From: Octopus bimaculoides
Lineage: Eukaryota
Direction of reading: 5' to 3'
Assembly (NCBI RefSeq): GCF_001194135.2
Contig: NC_068990.1
Coordinates: 18,441,309-18,481,422, forward strand
DNA: 40,114 bases
The notes beneath the pieces were generated by a model. The model searched no databases. It worked only from the letters and a program-made list of their open reading frames with translations, and was not told where the DNA came from. Shown in pieces: positions 1 through 10,960 of this stretch (within the stretch, counting starts at the first letter, position 1; the number at the start of each line of letters is the position of its first letter). A program made the translations under genes and the position numbers.

Positions 1-34
1 TATATATATATATATACATATATATAGATATATG

Positions 35-68
<34 letters not shown>

Positions 69-82
69 CATAGATAAATAGA
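1..82. repeat. (TA)n/(GATA)n microsatellite
   Basis: Seen directly. Confidence 0.95.
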
Positions 83-1344
83 TCGATAGATACTTCATTT
101 GTCATGTTTCTCAGATAAATTCTTGCCTTCCGAAAATCGATATTAATGTCTATAAGAAACCAAGAAAATTAGGCTGGTGTATTGAGTGTGTCCACCTGCA
201 GTAGATTTTGCTTCTTCACTCTTGGCACTGGTCATTAACCTAGCTTTACCAACTATTACAGATTAACGATCTATACTAATAACTTGTACATACTCAAATA
301 TCTCTGTATTTTTAAGATGCAATTAACTTGTTTTTGCTGTGTTAAACGCAGCTAATGTTATGTAGATTTATAATGGATCGAATGCCACCAGATACACGGA
401 CATACCTCACCAAAGACAATAATCACAACATGAGCTCACATCTGATAAACAGTAGAGCGAAGCGAAAATGTGAGGCGGTTGTGAGTTGAATTTCAAAACA
501 AAAAAATTAGGTTTTGAAGTCCAAACGGAAACCCTTACACCAATTCCCTTCCGACCTCTCGGACTGCGCAAGAGACTAGACCAGTGGAGGAAAGTCGATG
601 ACGTATACCCCATAGGGAGCGATGGGATTAAGTCGCTCAAGTCTTTATAAAAAATATGTAGAGTGGTGATCGAACGCAATCGAACTAAAGAAAATAATGT
701 TAGTTGTTCATTCTAGCTCTCAGGATTATGCCCTACTTCGGCAAAACATTTAGAAAGATTGGTTTGTGACACAATATTTCGGCTATTTACCACTCAAGGT
801 TAGATGTACTCCATGATATGTATGCTTACATCTAACTCAGAAACCGTTACGTTTTACGACAGTAAGTGGATTGAAACTAATAAGAGATTAACTTGAGACG
901 GTATCAAATGGGAAACATATTGTGTTTCGGAAGAAAAATAACAAAATATAACTATAGTAATGCATTCTGTAATGAAATATTCAACAACAGTACAGAAACT
1001 AAATGCCCTTGAGTCTTTTACAATACGATTTATAAATATTGTTATATTTCGAGATGGCCATTTTTCCCTTTTCTTTTTTTACGAAACAAACACACGCATT
1101 ATATATTCGCTCTTCACTCGTTTATTACTCTTCTTATTTTATCGTATGTCTATTGTCTGGAAATCTTTCGTCATGCATCTGTGTCGAACATATAGTGCGT
1201 GTGTTTATTTGGCAAGAAAAAAAAAGAAAAGGAAAAATGATGATCCCGAAATATAATATGTTTCAATAGACTCTTTCACATCAGGAATCTTGCTTGATGA
1301 ATTCATAAACGGTTTATAGATATTTGTGCAGAAATATATATATA

Positions 1345-1390
1345 TCCCTCGCCATACCGCGGTTCACATATCGCGGTTCATCTATCGTAG
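1345..1390. mobile_element. Possible pogo/Tigger-type MITE terminus
   Basis: TCCCTCGCCATACCGCGGTTCACATATCGCGGTTCA resembles Tigger-type ends (..CCCTCG.TATCGCGG repeated) and follows a TA run. The partner end is not seen; a gap follows at 1433. Confidence 0.3.
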
Positions 1391-2414
1391 TTTATTATTT
1401 TAGCTTACGCCGATTCCTCCGTGGTGTTGTTTNNNNNNNNNNNNNNNNNNNNNNNNNNNNNNNNNNNNNNNNNNNNNNNNNNNNNNNNNNNNNNNNNNNN
1501 NNNNNNNNNNNNNNNNNNNNNNNNNNNNNNNNNNNNNNNNNNNNNNNNNNNNNNNNNNNNNNNNNNNNNNNNNNNNNNNNNNNNNNNNNNNNNNNNNNNN
1601 NNNTATATATATATATATATATATATCAGCAGCTTTTTCTGAGGAATGAATTATTACGTATTACGTGCTCTTGTGTCCTCATCGTTGTTGGAGTCGGAAC
1701 TTTTCGGGCGTTGGATCATGCAATTTTTTTACGCATCTGCGTATCATGTAACTATTAGGAAAATCTGACAAATTTATGAAATTGAAGAGTGTTGTTTGAT
1801 CATCCCTATTCTGTTATCCATACCAAAGATATTTGCTTTGATGTATCTTCCTATTTGTGCTATCTCATGTTTCTTCCGCTTGAAGTGGAACATAAATTAT
1901 TTCACTGACTCAAGGATTAAACGCACGAACAATAACAACATTTAATACTGGGAAATTAATCACTTTTATCCAATTGTCCCGTAGGGCAATTAGGTAATGG
2001 AAATTCGGAGATTTAACCTACCTTTATTTATTTCCATGCTTTTACATAGTCGGAGTTTTAATGTTCGTTCGTTATTAATTAAAGAATGCCATGTGGTGAT
2101 AATCCCTACGTTAGGTGTAGTGAAGAGGTTAACAAAGACAAGAATATGTGCTGACAGTTTCGCTTGCGTTCCTTATCTATTACTTTGACACTCTTCCACG
2201 AGAATCGTTGACTTACCTTTTCTTCCACAAATGATATAGACAACGTTGCGCGAGTAATGAATTCCTATGCATTTCGTAGGAAAAGGATTCTATTTGAAAT
2301 TCTGAGGATGTTACTAACTACGACAAAAACTAGACTGGAGAAGAGATACAATTATCGAAAAATAGGAACAATTATCGAAAAATAGGAACTATTGCAAACG
2401 AATATATCAGTGTA

Positions 2415-2463
<49 letters not shown>

Positions 2464-2494
2464 GTTGCTGCTGCTGATGATGATTATGATGATG
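2415..2494. repeat. Compound trinucleotide repeat (TAC)n-(TGC)n-(TGA)n, the tail of the first family-B SINE
   Basis: Seen directly; abuts the SINE 3' end at about 2497. Confidence 0.9.
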
Positions 2495-2496
2495 TT

Positions 2497-3785
2497 GGTT
2501 TCATAATTTGTTGCAAGCTCAGCAATTTCGATGGGAACGGGGTTAGTCAGTTGTATCCACCATAGTGTTCAACTGGTATTCGATCTTTTATAGTCTGAAC
2601 TCAAACCCTCGGTGCAATTTGAATCCAGAACATAAAGAGGTTAAATAAAATGCCGCTAAACATTGTGGCGAACGCTTGAGTGATTTTGCAAGCGCACCAC
2701 AATTCAATAATAATCATAATAATAATAATAATGATTATGATATTTTTTTTTAGGCACAAGGCCGGAAATTTAGGAAGAGCTAACCGGTTACATAGACACC
2801 ATTTCTTATCCAGAGGAAAGGCAGTGTCAACTTTACCAGAATTTGAGCTTAGGGCGTAAATAGTCGGTAGAAATACCCCTAAGCATGTTGTCCTACGAGC
2901 TAACGATACTGCCAGCTCGCATCTTTTAGAAATAATGTTAATAATGATAATTTAAAATTTTGGCCCAGGGCCAAGAGTTTTTCAAGGCGATAGGTGACTA
3001 CATCTATTGCTGTACTTGAGTGGTACTTATTTTATTGATTCTTAAAGGATGAAAGGGCAAAATTGACATCGGCAGAATTTGAGCTCAGAGCATAAGACAT
3101 GAAATGCCGTTAAGCGTTTGCAACGGCGTGTAAACAGTTCTGCCAGCTCACTGCTTTAATGGTTTCAAAGTTTGGCGCAAGAAATTGATGACAGTTAACA
3201 AGGAGCTGCACCCAAAGCGCGATATTAATAGACTGTATATGCCTAGAAACAAAGGAAGAAGAAGACACATGGGGTGCAAGATCTGTATTGCCAACGAGAA
3301 GGAAGTGGGTGTGGTACATCAAACAGCAGAGAGTTTCAAATTTTAGCTCAGAGTCAACAGTTTTTGGGAGGAGGGGTTAATCTATTACATCTACCCCAGT
3401 ACCTGACTGGTATTTATTTTATCGACAACAAAAGAATGAAAGGCAAAGTCGACCTCGACTGAATTTTAACTCAGAGTGTAATGGGAGACGAAATGCCACC
3501 AAGCGTTTTTCCTGGCGTACTAACGGTTCTGCTTGTTTGCCACCTTAATAAGAACGATAATAATAATGGCTTGTCATTTAAACATAAGCTCCGAAATTTT
3601 CAGGAGGGGAACCCAGTTACTGACTGATATTGTATTTCGCCGTCTTGTGTATTTAATGGAGAGCAGTTTTACTCTTCATCACGCGTGGGATGATGTCAAA
3701 CGAATTTGACCTTTCCAATACTTTAACGCAAATATAAAAGAGTTTCGTCCAGAGCTCAGGTGATTGTGCCAGTTAGTCGCCGTAA
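2497..3785 (-). mobile_element. Stack of five decayed family-B SINE copies, all on the minus strand (about 2497-2699, 2745-2925, 2952-3157, 3333-3546, 3565-3785)
   Basis: Each unit carries reverse-complement versions of GGCGAGCTGGCAGAA / TTCTGAGTTCAAATT / GTCGACTTTGCCTTTCATCCTTT / GATAAAATAAGTACCAG, for example GGATGAAAGGGCAAAATTGAC at about 3047 and GAATGAAAGGCAAAGTCGACCTCG at about 3434. Units are separated by (AAT)n-like tails. Confidence 0.78.
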
Positions 3786-4169
3786 TACGAATGGTAATGA
3801 TAATTTTATTAATATTTCAGATACAAACATACACACGTACAAAGGCGTACCCTAACATACGGGCACATATGTTAATGGATATATGATTACATGCTGATAT
3901 AAATCGTGTTATTCCGGTCTATATTTAAAAGTAGAGCTGTAAATATAGTCAAGTAGATTTCTTGGTTATGATATCATGGCGAATTTGAAAGCTTCGAGAT
4001 GAGTCAGCTATAAATCGAACAGATAAATAAATACATGTATTATTTACACAAGAATATCTATGAATATCGCTATCAATTTGTCTATCTCTCATTCTCAGAT
4101 TTCCTTTATATAGCTGTATTGTTATACACGTACATACACATACATATATGAACTCACAGAAACACATAC

Positions 4170-4171
<2 letters not shown>

Positions 4172-4216
<45 letters not shown>
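4172..4216. repeat. (TA)n microsatellite
   Basis: Seen directly. Confidence 0.95.
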
Positions 4217-4222
<6 letters not shown>

Positions 4223-4588
4223 AAGGAACACAGAAAGAAACAAGGAGACGTACTTTATTTATGGGTAAGCAAGGCTGCTAATTTATATTTTTAACGCGTA
4301 TATGTAATATCGGACGTCGAAAAATAAAGATTTTCTGCGAAGTAACTTTTTCGTTTAGATAATGTGTTAATAAGCACATCGAGGTTGGTTGTGAATTACG
4401 TCATAGAATTGTAGGAAGCCTGTCTCTGCCTTGTTATGCTTTATCAGTAATAGACACTGAACGTTGTTCATAGCCCATGAAAAACTGGTGGCTTAGCCAC
4501 GCATTCGCACACACAACAATGGACAAAAACATGCGTATGGACGCGCATGCACAACCTCTCATACATACGCTTACGTACACACGCAAGT

Positions 4589-4590
<2 letters not shown>

Positions 4591-4677
<87 letters not shown>
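4591..4677. repeat. Perfect (AC)n microsatellite, about 43 units
   Basis: Seen directly. Confidence 0.97.
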
Positions 4678-4678
<1 letters not shown>

Positions 4679-7600
4679 TCATACGCACAACACTACACAT
4701 ATTCATGCGCTTCCTCCACATAGCCATAATACATTTATGACAAAAGTAATATAAAGATCCAAATTAGGTTTCCTTTATTTAATACACTCTACTGTAGTGT
4801 TAGTTGATATTGATTCTTACACCTACGTGTTTCTGAAATATAAACGGTAAATACTCATAGATTTAATCTGCCTCTGTCATAATGAAGTTGAATCTCTTTC
4901 GAGTGGGATTTATTTTTAAAAACATTTTTTTGAAATTTTTATCTCAGAAGATAAAAAAACGATTTTCTCGCCAACGCTTTTTGTATGATAAGAATGGTAT
5001 ACACGCACACACACGCGCACCCCGCCACACACACTCACGTTCACGCTCGCTCTCTGTTCCCACCCCGCCACGTCTCTCTCACATAAACGTACATGCTCGC
5101 GCGCACATACAGTCACAAACACAGACGAGAACATACAACCATAAAATATATCTATCTACTTGTGTGTTCAGGAAGTAGGATACCCTTCACGTAGGTTATT
5201 TCTTAACATGAATAAGTGGTGCTTTTTGTCTAGCTATTTTATTGCTATATGTTCTAGCTTTTTTGAAATTTATTTTTCATATTACATTTGCCCAATTCAT
5301 CTACCACACACACACATACGCACGGACACATACATACACACACATACATACAGATCTGTATGTATATATGTCTTTGTATGTCTTTTTGTTTGCCTGTAGC
5401 AAGTTAGACACACATTTATATGTTACTAGTTGTTGCGTTGTTTTCTATGTTGAATTCTTCCCATGTGTAATGTCGTACAGTCACCTTTTAGCGTAGCGTA
5501 AAAATATGGCTTCTTACATCCATATACTACATGCAAAATTTCAAAACTTGTGAGTCCTTCTACGTCGTGATATTGTCTGTTTATCCTCAGCACTGTGCTA
5601 TATAAGGTATTATATCGTATTTTAGTTTTACGATATTCACAATATAACCGCGATATAAATATCAGTTGTGTTGAAAACCCGTTTTCATGAATGTTTATGC
5701 CAGTAACATCGTATTATTGTATTTAAAAACACCAGTACTAACTTTACAAGATATACTTTTCATGGTATAATATTTTCGGATATTTTATCTGCATTCTTTG
5801 AAGATCTATGCACTGAGAATTGCGATAATAATGGTACTTAGTCTTAATGTCATAGTTTCAATTGCTTTTGGTATCGTCATATTTCCAGAAATGCCGTGTA
5901 ATTATGTGGAGATTTTGTACATACAACCTGCTTGGTTGTATTATTTAGTGAAATAGACATAAAGAGTGCAGTCATCTTGCCATGGAGAGGAGGAAGAAAT
6001 AACGTTACGGATGGAGTTTTTCTTCAGAGAAAAGTGGAAAGGGGTGGAATTAAAGAGACACAGTAAAGTTTAATATCCTCTACATTATAAAATCTGGCTT
6101 ATTAATTTCATTCCTGTCAACTTTTACTGGAAGATCTCTGTTCAAAACTTTGGATTTTCTAGTTCCCGCTGCCAGCTAATTGTACCATTTTGTCGATTTT
6201 ACTAATGAGTACAAGTTTTGCCGATGCATCCCAACACCAGTCTCTTTAGATTCTGTTTAGTGGTATTGATGTGCGTATTCTGAAAACCCTTTTTCTCAGA
6301 GCTCAGTAATTTTTCTTTCTCTCGCAGTGAAAAGCTTTTTTGATACGTTTGATATCCTCCATATGTGGAAAAAATTAATGTATCTGTGACGTAAGTGTTG
6401 ACCCGAACTCAAGCTTCGGAAACCTGTTTGTATTTTATAACGTATTCAGAATTTCCAGTGTATAGTTTTCCTATTTAAGAGGTTAAAATCACAGACATTG
6501 GCTGCTCCCATTCGACACCGAGCGGTCGCCTTGAGTGTTGGTCCTTGGCTCAAAAAGAAATATTCCCTTGTATAGCTAGATCAGTATTTATTTAAAAATT
6601 TTGGCTATGTTCTATTGATTATCCAGCACGGACATATTTAATAATAATCGAATCATCAAGAGAATAGACTTTTAATTACAAATTCACATTGTGCAATTTA
6701 AAAAGAGAATAATATCATTATTCACTATGCTGTATCGCTAGCAGCATTTACGTTGGAAGTAATTAATCACAAAACTGCTCACTGTTTTTAGTATTGCCAT
6801 ACGGTTATGATGAAATTTATAACATTAATGATTGAAAAAACTGCAACAACAACAGCAAAACAAGTTAGTAATTATCGCAGACTATTTTGCCAAGAAAAAG
6901 AAATACTTAGACAAACCACAAGACAATTACGTTCAAGTGATTGTTTCTAAATAAATCTAAAGTTTCCCAAACTCTATGTATAAAGTTTTTAGAAACAATA
7001 ACGAGATATCGAATGTTAACGTTTTCAAATATGTCCTTCTTTTAATTTCTTTCCATGATTTTCAGAAACTTCTCAAAAACCTGTCGATTTGTTGTCTTTT
7101 ATCCGATCAAAATAGTACGCTGTGTCCATATTGTGCCCTGTGTTCTTTACGTATAGGTTTTGTGGTCGTGTAGCCCAGAGTCCGTTCTGAGTGAGAAGAC
7201 CCTTCACATATAAGTCTTCCGTGATACAAATAGGGGCAACCAAGAGTTCAGTTAATCTGTATATCACCGAATCTTTCTTAGAAGACGGTGACTACAGTTT
7301 GTAAATGCAATCTGGTATAAGGTGAAGTAACTAAGAAGAAAGTTCCTTCGAAAAATGGTAGGAATGTGGTAATACTAAACGTACGAAAAGAAAACAAAAA
7401 CAAATATAAAGAAAACCTAGCTATGTGATACTAATACTAATCTGCTAATGTTTTATCCAGATTCAGTTTCATGCATCCAATATTTTTTGCCACACACTAA
7501 ACCCTAGTCAACTGTGCCTCAGCACGCCATTGATATTTTGAACCGCAATAATTGGAGATTACAGAATGTTTTCATTTTGAGTATGGGAAAACAAAATGGA

Positions 7601-8633
7601 AATATTAGATGACACCGAGTTTTATAAATTGAATTCTTCAGCTGTACATTGCATTGAAGTAGTGTTTTACTATTAATTAAATAAGGCATCAAAGAGAGTT
7701 ATTAAATAACTGTCAGTATTAGCTGTCTTATTATGAGGGCAACAGGTTAAATTTTTGTTAATCTCTACAACAGTAGAATCTAATAAATGTGGCGTTTAAA
7801 ATCATTGTTGAATGATTAATAAACGTAGAAATATTTGTACAAATGCATTCACGTTTATTAATTTTGAATTAATTAAACTATACATGCTTTATTGAAGTTT
7901 CTATAAATTGGAAAAGTAATTACTGTTTTCAATTTTGTTACGTTAGTATAATGTGTCTTGAGCGTATCTACAGCTGAATATCCCGGCTGTTTAAAGTCTG
8001 AGTTCAAATCCTGTTGTTGTCATCATCGCCTTATATGCCCCTGGAGACTGTTCTGTCTCTATCACCCTCACTCTATCAACAATGAATTAATCTGTCATAA
8101 TACTGATTCTGTGAGCCAAATCTCCGTCAAGATATGCTAAAGTATATCTGACAAATATGTAATATCTAATACAAGTATGGTATAACCATGGCTAGCATCT
8201 TCTTAATCATAAGTCTGCTTTAAAATGGCTGATCTGTGGTTTTCCTACTATAATGATATATGTGTGCAACAATCACGAGGTTCCCAGTGTAATGGAGTCG
8301 CACTGTAACATCTCCGTCAATCCACAGCCCTAGATTATAACTATATTTTAATCAACTCCAGTGGCAAATGCGATCTCAGTGGATCTTAACTCATAAGGTG
8401 ACAAAACAAGGAATGAAAATACATGTAGCAAAAAAATGAATGGAAATGAGATACTGTAAGATAATTTTGAATTCGCTCGAAGACACATACAAATTGTCGC
8501 ATAGCAGGCCGTTTGACACAAACCTAATCTTAAAGTCATTACATACGTTGTTCTCTTTCCATACAGCATCTTACACAAAACACTTTAAATACATATATAC
8601 ACGTATGTGTACACGTATGAGTGTGTACGCATG

Positions 8634-8635
8634 CA

Positions 8636-8679
<44 letters not shown>

Positions 8680-8689
8680 NNNNNNNNNN

Positions 8690-8777
<88 letters not shown>

Positions 8778-8820
8778 TGCGTGTGTGTGCGTGCGCGCGT
8801 GCGTGCGTGCGAGTGCACGT
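8634..8820. repeat. Compound (TA)n-gap-(TA)n-(TG)n-(TGCG)n alternating purine/pyrimidine tract
   Basis: Seen directly; 10-N gap at 8680-8689. Confidence 0.95.
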
Positions 8821-9348
8821 TAGTGTGACTGATGAATGGACGTTTATCATATTGTAATTACTAACTATATATGTAAGAAAAACAAACATTTTAATTTGAA
8901 AATTACTTCAAATTAAAAACTTACAAAGCTTTGTTAAATATTCCTCAACAAGTGTTTAACTTTTAGATACAGTTGATCACACCAAGTATTTAATGACGTC
9001 ATTTTATTACTTTGACATCCGTTTTTCCATGACCATTTTAATTTAAAGCATATGCCAATCCTAGATCCTGTTCATGATAACAAAGAATCGTGCCCATACA
9101 ACGCCGAAGTATAGATCAAGACAGATTTTCAATTATTTCGTTTCCATTATCACCTTCGTCGGAACAATTTACTGCCTCTTATTTTTGGGGGTTAACAACC
9201 CTGTCGCTTATCTCTTGCTCTAGAAGCTTTTGAGCTTATTCAATGCTGTTCTTAACTGCAATGCAATCAGCGATATTTTTATTCTCGAGACAAGGTAATG
9301 ACTTTTTTACGGATGTTGTTTCCAATGCAAGCACTATTTCTTTTGTGA

Positions 9349-9850
9349 TTATCTAACATTAAATCCATCAAAATTTTCTTCATCATTACCATTAGAAAGA
9401 AAATCGTCGAGTAGGATAATAGGCCAAAATCTCCTCCATACTGTGAACAGACTGACAGATTGAGCCGAAACCCATGCATTACAAGTTGCAAAAATCGTAT
9501 TCGTAATTGTTAAGTCAGCTAGAAAAAATATTTCTGTTCATGAATTGTTTTTATATTGATATTTGAAATTTCAATTATTTCCCAAATAAATTAGTTGCAT
9601 GAGAGATGAGCTGTTAAGGTCTAAAATAAAATCACGAATAATTATTCCCGTAATCTAAAACTGTCTTAAAAGTCATAGAAAGACATTCGGCAGTTATAAA
9701 AATCACATTTTGTAGTGTATAATGCTAATCTATACTGCGTAAAATGTGATAATTTCGTGAATGAACCCATTTGAAAAAGCTATTTAACCATACACAATTT
9801 TCTTTTGGGCATATAAAAGCCACAGGTATTTGCTTCATTAGAACTTACGA
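9349..9850 (-). mobile_element. Decayed pogo/Tigger (jerky/TIGD-like) transposase remnant
   Basis: Minus-strand 9516->9349 reads DLTITNTIFATCNAWVSAQSVSLFTVWRRFWPIILLDDFLSNGNDEENFDGFNVR*, matching the pogo-family C-terminal pattern (TIKDAI..vanAW..V....L...W..LWP...acidic EEDFEGF). Upstream broken pieces NSSSLMQ...FKYQYK (compare NTTSLIQPMDQGII..FK..Y) and FSNGFIHE (compare F..WF..EF) fall in the expected order. It may extend to about 10200. No TIRs recognised. Confidence 0.6.
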
Positions 9851-10393
9851 ATATATTCCATGGTAAACATTTTGAATAAAAACGTCTGTCGTCAGTGTTG
9901 TAAATTTTATTATAAGTATGATTATCTCCCTAGGCCAGTTCACCAAATATCAACTCTTTGAGTCTGATCGTTGATTTTAGCCCGAATTTTCCATTCTTGT
10001 ATCACGATTGCAATCGCAAAATCTATTTTCTTTTTAAATTCATTGACTTCCGCTAAAATCACATGATACCCAGATATTGCATCTCACTCCAACTGTTTCA
10101 CTGGATATCATTCTGGTGGTATTTTATTTGAAGGTTGAATTTTGCTTCAAGCAGAAGATTTATTATTTTTATTGATAGGGTGAGACCATGCCGTAATATC
10201 TGAATAATCCATTTGTAGTTTAGTGGTTCGGCTCCTGGATTTCAGAATCTCGGCAGAAAAAACGGTGGTGACCCCATAGATAGCAACAGCGAGCGGGCTA
10301 AAACAACTAAATGAATTATATATAAAAACGGTGATGTAGTGTTATTACTATTGACTTTTATTAGATACTTTGTATATTTCTAGGTAAATATAT

Positions 10394-10780
10394 TGTTGTT
10401 GGCACTCCGTCGCTTACAACGTCGAGGGTTCCAGTTGATCCGATCAACGGAACAGCCTGCTCGTGAAATTAACGTGCAAGTGGCTGAGCACACCACAGAC
10501 ACGTGTACCCTTAACGTAATTCTCGGGGATATTCAGCGTGACAGAGTGTGACAAGGCTGACCCTTTGAATTACAGGCACAACAGAAACAGGAAGTAAGAG
10601 TGAGAGAAAGTTGTGGTGGAAGAGTACAGGAGGGTTCGCCACCATCCCCTGCCGGAGCCTCGTTGAGCTTTTAGGTGTTTTCGCTCAATAAACACTCACA
10701 ACGTCCGGTTTGGGAATCGAAACCTCGATCCTATGACCGCGAGTCCGCTGCCCTAACAACTGGGCCATTGCGCCTCCACT
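10394..10780 (-). mobile_element. tRNA-derived SINE, family A, full length
   Basis: The minus strand starts AGTGGAGGCGCAATGGCCCAGTTGTTAGGGCAGCGGACTC (Pol III A-box-like TGGCCCAGTTG), has the B-box-like GGTTTCGATTCC, and ends GACGGAGTGCCAACAACAA. It is highly similar to 32536-32828. Possible 9-bp TSD TAAATATAT (10385-10393 and 10784-10792), weak in AT-rich context. Confidence 0.88.
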
Positions 10781-10960
10781 ATATAAATATATGATAAATA
10801 AAACCTCAAAGTGCGATGTGCAGATGCATGTAATGCTGAAGGGTTCTACCTGATTGATTTGGAAATTCGTTTTCCCAAATTATTTAAATATATATATATT
10901 TAAGGTTTTTAACATTACAACTTATGTCTCTTTACAATTTAACATTTTTTTAATTACAGA

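Noticed and set aside
407-679. 90-aa minus ORF with a faint Tc1-like DLNPI string in another frame
   Set aside because: Too degenerate to assign, with no flanking motifs.
2348-2389. Perfect 20-bp tandem duplication (ACAATTATCGAAAAATAGGA x2)
   Set aside because: An ordinary slippage duplication; two units only, so not CRISPR-like or functional on this evidence.
7073-7290. 72-codon open minus-strand frame (SPSSKKDSVIYRLTELL...DNKSTGF)
   Set aside because: No recognisable homology and weak splice sites; this length is expected by chance across six frames of 40 kb.
8994-9001. Isolated CRE palindrome TGACGTCA
   Set aside because: A single 8-mer in AT-rich DNA with no supporting context.
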